A stretch of DNA of 33,079 bases from Conidiobolus incongruus B7586. Taxonomy: Eukaryota. The position numbers and the translations under genes were made by a program. The stretch is taken from the NCBI GenBank assembly GCA_000697335.1, contig JNEM01013132.1:1-33079 (forward strand), given 5' to 3'. Below the pieces are notes generated by a model that saw nothing but the letters and a program-made list of their open reading frames with translations, ran no database searches and had not been told where the DNA came from. Positions 24,571-33,079 of the stretch are shown here, piece by piece (position 1 is the stretch's first letter; every line of letters starts with the position of its first letter).

Positions 24571-26478
24571 CAAATACATATCATTAATAAATAAGATGCC
24601 AGCCGTTATTTTAATAATAAATTATAAACAAATCTTGTAATTTATGAGAGATAACATTGTTAAAATATTTAGTCATTTATTTCTGTTAAAAAATAGGATC
24701 TAAAATATTGCTTCACAAATAGAGAATTATATCATTAATTTTAATAAGAAATAAAAATATATAATAATCAGTAACTGGTATTATAATTACTTTGATATTC
24801 ATAATATATAATCAATTCATTTAATTCTGATTAATTATAATTTATTCAGATTGATGTAAACATATAATTGAAGCTAAATCAGAAATTTGATCATATTATA
24901 TTATCATCTTATCAAAAATTTAATAACAGTTTTGTAAACTTAATGTTATGAATATTGATATTGTATTGATACTTTATAATAACTTTTTTAATTTTTGATA
25001 TTATATTTATTTTTAATTGATTTTGAAAATTTTTTCATTATCCGATAATTCCGTTACATGTTTCAGATTTTAAAAATTTTATTAATTTATTTGTTTCAGA
25101 GTATAATTATCAAATAATTGTGTAAATTAAAAAATTTGATAAAATTCAAGTGTTATTTATTTATTTATCGTGCAAAGTCATAATTTACAATCTCATGCCT
25201 GTACAATTTAGCATTGAACACCATAAATTTATTAATTTAATTGGCATAGTGTGGGTATCAGTTAGGTATAAATATTACAATCTGATTGAATTTATTATTT
25301 AATCAGTATAGCCATAATATTAATTTACTCCTGAAATTTATTTTAATAAAATCAATTCACAATAATCAATTATGTGAATATTTTAACTTTACCCTCCTAA
25401 TATTGCTAAATAATATGGTATTAAATTACTGTATCTTTTGAATTATCATCAAATAATTGTATTATATAAATTTTCTTGAATGAAATATGTATTTAAAAAA
25501 TTAATACTTGAACAAAATTATTAATTGAACACATTATAATAATAAATGATTTATTGGTCTATTGGAAATTAAGAATAAATAAATTTTTTTAAATTGATTA
25601 GTTTATGGTAAATAATAATATTATTAGAGTTATTATATATTTTTGTGATTATTAATAAATTTTAGGGGAAACATTCATGAACCTTTGTTTTAAATAAAAC
25701 TGAATTATATATCAATACAAAAATATTATAAAATTCACTTGGTACAGAATATTTCTGAGTGAATAATTTCATTAAAATATTGTGAAAAAAAGTTTATAAT
25801 ATAGTTTAAACCATAGTCATATATCTATGATATAAAAACTACATTTAATTTATAAAACAATACTATCAAAGTTTACTTCATTCATAATACTATAATCAAA
25901 TCTGTTGGTTACAGATTTGAAAAGATATTATTTAACTTCACATATTGAGTCAAAAATCTATTTATTTATCATTGAAGGTCATCACCTTATTATGAAAAAA
26001 ATTTATATATAAATAAGATTTGAGGGTATTTTTAAAGGGGTAGTGGTTAATATTTTCATTTTACATTATATTTTTCAAAATATATTTCTTATTTATCACT
26101 TTATATAAATATGTTTTAGAAACTAATTTTATATATTAATTTAACAGTTTACATAATTAAATATTTTATGATTGTATAAGGCTACATTACTAAGGATTAT
26201 TAAGTATACACAGATTGCGTTTATAAAATACATAACATTTACAATTTACTTATTATTGAAAATATAAGTATGGGAAATCAACTAGATTATATTCCGAGAT
26301 ATTTAACTATATAAGTAATATGAATTATTTTGTTAAATAGTTCTTTGAAACAAGGAATGATGCTAATTTTATATATTTAATCTATAGATATTATCAAATA
26401 GTTGTTATACTTTGAAAACATATTTAATATTATCTTACAATATTTCTAACACAAGATTCAAAGTGTCAGGGATTTCCA

Positions 26479-26488
26479 ATTGACAGTT
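26479..26488 (+). promoter_or_regulatory. Conserved upstream element ATTGACAGTT (paralog 3)
   Basis: Identical to the element upstream of paralog 2, about 203-212 bp before the ATG. Confidence 0.45.
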
Positions 26489-26690
26489 AACCAATTCAAG
26501 TAAGTATAATTGAATATTATTTAATGTATATTTTAAAGGTTAGGAAATAAATAATATTTAGCCTATTATATTTAAAGTTTCGCACTTATATTATGAACCA
26601 ATCATTCGAAACAATATATAATATTTATTGGATTAATTGTCTTTTAAACTCAGACGTCGATTTACTTCATTTAAAGTTTAAACCATTGAA

Positions 26691-27245
26691 ATGCTTTCTA
26701 ACTCTTATATTGATCTATATAATGCTCAGGCTGGATTTATAGGACGACACCATTTACACCCAGTCACTCTGCCATCGATACAATCTTTACCTAATCCCAA
26801 TCTATCTCATCTATCTTTGCCTCCAATTTACTCCAATATTAGAGGATCTAGTAAAGAATTCCAATGTATGACTTGTTTCAAGACTTTCAATCGCAAAAAC
26901 ACATTGGTCAGGCATCAACGTGTTCACAGTGGAATCAAGCCATATGCCTGCGAAGTATGTAATAAAGAATTCACCAGAAAAGATATTTTGGAAAGCCATA
27001 AGAAGAGTATTAAATGTCAAAAAAAGACCCAATATTTTCTTGACTCCGTCCAAGCAAATAAAAAAGATGGCGGCCTTAGGTTTCTAGATTGCACAGCTGA
27101 CTTTTGTAATACATCTCGTCGTACTTCCATTTCGTCTCTACTATGTTTAAATGACGATATTATTCTTCCATCAAAATATAACGATTCGGTTTTATACTTA
27201 TCTTCACTTAATCTGACCGAAACAAAATGGGAACCATATCATTAA
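26691..27245 (+). CDS. Two-finger zinc-finger transcription factor (C2H2 + C2HC), paralog 3, 184 aa
   Basis: [53 protein letters not shown]. Collinear with paralog 2 from MLxNSY to the ExKWxP tail. Confidence 0.94.
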   Translation: MLSNSYIDLYNAQAGFIGRHHLHPVTLPSIQSLPNPNLSHLSLPPIYSNIRGSSKEFQCMTCFKTFNRKNTLVRHQRVHSGIKPYACEVCNKEFTRKDILESHKKSIKCQKKTQYFLDSVQANKKDGGLRFLDCTADFCNTSRRTSISSLLCLNDDIILPSKYNDSVLYLSSLNLTETKWEPYH

Positions 27246-28155
27246 TTTGAGTCTAAAACAAAATCATTCAATACAAATACCATTATAATATTTAAAAGAA
27301 TTACTTGATCAAATATTAAATATGGTATATTAAAAATATACCACTGAGTTTAAAAATTCTAGACCGTCTCAAATATAATAAATAAATATCATTCATTCCT
27401 TTTATGATTAACTCAGAACTCATTTTAATAATACTCAATTAAAAATTAAACTCAGCTCAACTCCTATTTAATAAAATCCTAATTAGTTCTAAATTAACCA
27501 CCTTATACGAGCTTCTCCAAATTACTAAATTTTAACAATATTAATAAACATTCGAAACCACTGCTTAATATCAGATGATCATATTCCTAATTGAGACAGT
27601 AAAGTTAAATTTAATAATCATATTATCTCAAAATTAAAGAAATTAATAATTTTCTAAATTATATAGAAAAATGAAAAAGAAATTTTACAGTATAAACTAT
27701 ATATATAGTTTGTTCCATCACAAGAATAACTTTTAACAATTTAATTTTTAACTTTATTTTGCTTAAAATAAATAATGATGATCAAAAAACTTTAAATATA
27801 ATATCCTTAAAACATAACCACAAATCATCTAATATAAATTAAAATTTAAAATAGCTTATAAAGATAAGTTTTTTTCTGAACTTATTATTTATCACTTACC
27901 AAATTATTGTAAAGCTACAAATGAAATTATCTAAAATATTATAAAATATGATAATTAATCTAAAAGATCATTCTTTTGAGTTTTGATTCATTAAAAATTT
28001 ATTTTGCAATAATATTTATTAATTTAAATAAGATATAATTTTATATATATTAATATTTTTTATTTTGATATATTATATATATAGAAGTTTAAACTTATCT
28101 TAACTAAAAAATATATAAAATAAGTATTTTTTAACTTAATTTAATCTTAAAAATA

Positions 28156-29620
28156 CAGAGTAATTATAGTTATAAAAAATATATTAAGGTATAACCAAAG
28201 TCAAAGATATTTTAGATAAACCATATTTATTAACATAAAAGTTAAATAATTGCATAATTTTAAAATTTAAATTAAATATATAAATTAATAAATAATATAT
28301 AAAATTTAATAGATAATATAAAGTTAATAGTTGCTTTTATTATTAATAACTCTTTTCTTCATTTTTTGTAAGCTTCTAATATTTAAAAAACAGCTTTTTT
28401 TATTAAAGACTGAAATTTAATATTTCACAAATCAATTTGATTTATTTACTAAAATATTTTTTCCTATAAGCTAATTTTTTAATTATTTAAAAACAATTAG
28501 ATTTATATAAGTTATAATTAAGTGAATATATTAGTTATGGTAACTTTTTCTCTATTTTTATATAAAAATCTTTTATAGCTTTAATTTTATATATTTTATA
28601 ATTATTATGTAAATCAATAGGTATTTTTAATTTATATTGAGAATACCATTCAAAAATTATTTTATTTCAAAAAATAATATATAATTTGAAATTAATTGAT
28701 ATTCCTTGAAATATTAAATAAGAAAACTATATAATATTATAATTAATTACCATAAGTAATATTTGCTTATATTTAAAATTTATATCTATTAGAATTTATA
28801 AAATAGATTAATTTAACTTAACTTGATATCTTATGTTATTTTTAGATAAAAGTCTATATAAAAAAATCTATGATCTATTAATTATAAGTATTTAATATTC
28901 AAATCATTGTTTTTATTAAATTGTAATAAGTTTATTTTAATTATAGCTATTTTAGCTTTTTTTGAACTTTTATTAAATTATAAGATATCTATTTTATATT
29001 GATAATAATTAATTTATATTTCAACTTAAGTATATATAATTTGTATATATAATTAATATTAGATTACTTTAATAATTTTCTAATTATATTAAAAAGGTAT
29101 TCCTAAATATATTTTTTTATTATATTAATTAGCATAGAATTATAGTAAAAATTAATTTTTTAAATTTTAACAAATATTAAATGATGTCTTTTTTAGCTTT
29201 AAAATCACAAATCTAGTGATATATGGTAGTTTTAGATAAAGCATCATCTTTATAAGTTATTTACATGTTTTAAATAATTTTAGAGGGTTTATAATTAAGT
29301 TTTAAAAATATAAAAATAAAAGCCTTTAAATAATCACTATCTAATTTAAATATAATTAAATTTAAGTATAAATTTTATAATCAAAATATTTTAAAAAAAA
29401 TAGTTAAAATTAAATATATATATATATAGTTTGATAATAATTATTTTCTTATATATTCTATATATAAATAATCTTTCAAAATATATAATATATTTAAAAA
29501 ATCATAAATTAAAAAATTTATATTTTTAATTTCCATACTAATATCAATAGATCTTATATCTTTAACATAATCTTGTACAAAAGTATATATTTAAATATTA
29601 AGATACAATAATTACTTTTG
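28156..29620 (-). mobile_element. Heavily decayed mariner-type DNA transposon (termini tentative)
   Basis: Contains a full-length mariner transposase relic. Tentative TIR: left TA|CAGAGTAATTATAGT versus right reverse complement CAAAAGTAATTATTGT. I saw no CpG in the region. Confidence 0.7.
28324..29353 (-). pseudogene. Mariner transposase pseudogene (about 343 codons)
   Basis: N-terminus AFIFIFLKLNYKPSKII*NM*ITYKDDALSKTTIYH*ICDFKA matches the mariner N-terminal HTH (YGDDALSxxTVxxWxxxFK). C-terminus EKLP*LIYSLNYN corresponds to LPxPPYSPDxxP, and the end *RKVINNKSNY*-like corresponds to WxxVIxxxGxY. The length fits mariner transposases. Confidence 0.8.
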
Positions 29621-31895
29621 AAAGTTCCAATAAATTTTTTTATAGGTAAATACTAACTATTATGAAAAATTATTATAGAATAAAAATACTCTGATTAAAT
29701 TATATTTGGAGTTTGATTAAAAATAAATTATTCCTTAATAGACCTATTTTTGATTAGTAATATTAATATAGTTAAAAAATATTTATTATTCTTTATAATA
29801 TATATTCAAGTTTCTAAAATTTTCCCTCATTGATTTTAATAAGAAATCTCTACTATTTCTAATATTTTAATTACATTATAACCTATATGATTATAATGAC
29901 CTTAGGTAATTAAAAAATATACTCAGAAAAAAAATTTACAAATAAATTTAATTTTATTATAGAGTATTAAATATTAGTAAAAAACTAAGTAAACTTTTGT
30001 TAAGCGTTAAAAGCTTATTATGAATAATAGGAAGTATTAAGTTATTTATATATTTTGACTTCTTTAAAGCTTATCTTATAAACTTTATTTAAATCTGATT
30101 AGGATAAAAATCTGATTATTTAAAACTTTTGAGTAAAACTAATCACAAGTATTTATTATAAGTTATAGTTTATAAACTATTAACTTGCTTCTCCTTAAAT
30201 TTTATTCAAAATATACAAAATATGATGAGTATTCTTGAAACTATTGAATTTTATGAAGTACTCATATAAACTCCCAATTGGTATGCTAAATAGATACATT
30301 ATGGTTATAACATATCAAACTGAGAATAAAATTAATTTTTATTATTTGATTTTATAACATTTTGAAAATGTTAGCAAAAAATAATATGTAAGTTTATTAC
30401 GATAATTTACTAACAAAATCAATATTACTGAATATTAAAATAACTCCAAAATATATATTATTAACAATGTCTTTTCAATAATAAGTATAATGAAATTCCT
30501 AAATAATTTTTGTATATATCAAATTAGCAATCAATCTATATTGATTTGCAAATTTTATTTGATTATAAGTTCAAATATATAGATGTTATTAGATTTAAAA
30601 GATATTTAACCTTACTCAATGTACTTCGCATAAATTATTTGAATATAATACCCTTATTGGATTAAACATATAGAGCTATTAATTACTATACATTAAAGTA
30701 ATCTTCTGTATTATATCATCATATGCAATTTCAAATCAGCATTCAATCAAATTTAGAAATTCAAAATTCTTTACCTTTTTAAATACAATAGGTGTACTTG
30801 AATTTTTTTTCCTTTCTTGAATATAAAAACCACTATCGAAATAGCTATTCAGGGGTACCTCACAATATTCTTTAATGTTCCTATTATTTAATCAAAGTAT
30901 TGAGGAGTAAATTATATTTTTAGTAATGATGGGTAAATGAATCCAACTCTAAGTTAATACTTTTCTCCTCATTCCATAATAGTTTTAATAAAGTTGTTAT
31001 TCCTTTCTAAATTAATTTGTTTAAAAAATTCAAAGTCAGCTTAAATTAACCATGTTAGTATAACTTTGTTTAATTAAACAAAGTCTTTGTTATCACTTAA
31101 AATTTATTAAGCAAAAAATCATTTAATAAGAACAGCGCAAATATAAGCAATATATGATGAGAAATAAAATGAACGTGGTAATAAGTGTATTAATCAAGTT
31201 TTATCGAACTCGAAAATTGATGATTATTATAAAACAATCTATCACTAAAGAGATCTATGATAAGATTAGTTTAATTGAATAATATTTCTTTTGACCTCAC
31301 ACATAGTTTTGTATTGAAATTAAGAATTCTGAATTGAATAATTCTGGTAAAGTTCTCCAAAACAATAGAAATTGGACCACCTTCCTAATTAGGATGAATT
31401 TCTAAATCTGTCAATGACATAATTTCTGAAACTTGATTTAATTCAAATTTTCAGAAATTATAAGATATATTACTTTATACTGGTTGTAAAAAAATGTTGA
31501 TTTGATATATGTTTAGTATATTTTATTTGATGTGTTATATCGGTACAGATGAACATTGAACATTTTACCTTGTTCAATGTACATAAAAAATTTAAACCCA
31601 ATATAATGATTGGTTAGAAAGGTTAAATTTAATAATAAGTGTAATAAATATATTTAACTAAAAATATTTTCAATGACAACTAGAAAATTGAGGAGATTAG
31701 CGAGAAATTTATAAGTTGGTATTGCTATATAGAATATTCACAAGTAAATGATTTATATTGTATTGTTTAATTTATTCATATACTAATATATATTTCAATT
31801 ATCAATTATAAAATTAATATTTGATATATCCATAAGGTTAATCCATTAATTATTAATATATGACATCAGTGAAATTTTTACTTCAACTATACCAG

Positions 31896-31896
<1 letters not shown>

Positions 31897-31930
<34 letters not shown>
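31897..31930. repeat. (TA)17 microsatellite
   Basis: Perfect run read directly. Confidence 0.95.
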
Positions 31931-31933
<3 letters not shown>

Positions 31934-32494
31934 TATTTAAAAATCAAAATCTCATTTGATGTTTTGTATTTTTTTCGATATGATATATATAATCAAAGTG
32001 AATTTATATTATAAAAGAATTGATGAATATACATATTATGAAAGAGAGAGTTAATTAATTAGTCTGGTAAAAATTATAATATCAACTATGTTATATAGGA
32101 TCATATTACTATTATATAATTTTTACATAATATATTCTTTTTGTACTGATTTAAACCTTTTAATTTTTATTTTCTAAAAATTGAAAAAAAATGAAAATTT
32201 TTAATAAAAAGTGTTTTTTCAAAATAAAAACGAAAATTTTTCAAATTTAAAATAATAATACGTTAATAATAAATCAATTACAATAATATAATAAATTATC
32301 ATATGGGAAAGGAAAAATTAAAAACTTTTTTAAATTTTATATCAAATATATTTTGTGATATTTAATAAACTAATTCTATATAGAATTAATAGAGATATTA
32401 ATACTTTCATAATATCTATATTCTAAATTATTAAAACTATGTATTCAGTTATTATTTTTTTAATTAATCATTATTTTATATATTAGTAGAGAGA

Positions 32495-33079
32495 TTAAGT
32501 GATCACAAAATGTTAAAAATAAAAATATATAAAAATATTACTATACGATTTATAAAGATTAATATATAATATAAAATTAATACTTTCTTCTATTATTAAT
32601 AAATTTTGCTTTGCCTTTGACAGATTCAAACCATTAAAAACAGTTCTTTTTATTAAATACTGGAATTATATTTTATAAGCTAATTAAATTTATTCTCCAT
32701 AATTCTTTTCTTCCAAATATAATTTTTAATGATGAAAAAAAACTATAGTAATATTAGTTATAATATAGTGAATATATTAGCTATGATAGTTCTTTTGATT
32801 CTTTTATATCGATAATTTTTTACAAGATTAGTTTACAATATTTAATAAATAGATATAAATTAATAAGAATTTATATTATAATAAAACAATAGCTAAATAT
32901 TATCTAAATTGAAAAATATAATATTTTCTATTATTTGATTTACTTATTAAATTTAAATATTAAGACTATATATAAACTTTGCCTATTATATTATTTTATA
33001 ATTACCTATCATCAAATTATTTATTTAATAGAATCAATTAAAATCATTGTTTTGGCTTAATATAATATTTTGTTTTATT
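32495..33079 (-). mobile_element. Second decayed mariner-type element, 3' part, running off the window end
   Basis: Collinear nucleotide similarity to 28320-28910: AAAAACAG.T.TTTTATTAAA.ACTG.AATT, AGTGAATATATTAG.TATG.TA and AAATCATTGTTTT. The minus strand reads ELS*LIYSLYYN*YYYSFFSSLK...FINNRRKY* with the stop at 32577-32579. AGTGATCACA near 32498 differs from AGTAATTATA (28159) only by transitions. Confidence 0.7.

Noticed and set aside
26811..27053. 80-aa antisense ORF
   Set aside because: Entirely antisense to ZF paralog 3 with no recognisable domain, and no equivalent ORF is listed opposite the other two paralogs.
30800..31460. Coding-like minus-strand fragments (for example LTDLEIHPN*EGGPISIVLENF); similar weak signal near 9640-10250
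   Set aside because: Could be LRR/F-box-like relics, but there is no diagnostic motif and there are many stops. Not supportable without a search.
1..33079. CRISPR arrays, tRNA/rRNA genes, prokaryotic operons, telomeric repeats, organellar origin
   Set aside because: I saw no regularly spaced repeats, cloverleaf or rRNA-like sequence. Kruppel-type ZF genes, Tc1/mariner elements and LTRs indicate eukaryotic nuclear DNA.

Overview
A very AT-rich (roughly 20% GC by eye), gene-poor eukaryotic window. It is most likely fungal; an early-diverging, low-GC lineage such as Conidiobolus-like Entomophthoromycotina is plausible, but that is inference only. There are three convincing genes, all intronless paralogous two-finger zinc-finger transcription factors (5500-6006 -, 21124-21714 -, 26691-27245 +). 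They share a C2H2 + C2HC finger pair, LP(S/P)I motifs and an RRxS-linked eh1-like motif. The ORF track misses several decayed mobile elements between them: a full-length Tc1 (DD34E) element with TIRs and TA TSD (16865-18432), two mariner relics (about 28156-29620 and 32495-33079), two solo-LTR-like units with 4-bp TSDs (15010-15342, 20103-20526) and two fold-back MITE-like elements. The DNA transposons are saturated with C>T/G>A transitions, a RIP-like or methylation-driven pattern, while the short LTRs and the ZF paralogs are spared. I found no evidence for a wholly new multi-gene system. The best leads are the RIP-like mutagenesis and the conserved regulatory architecture of the ZF family.
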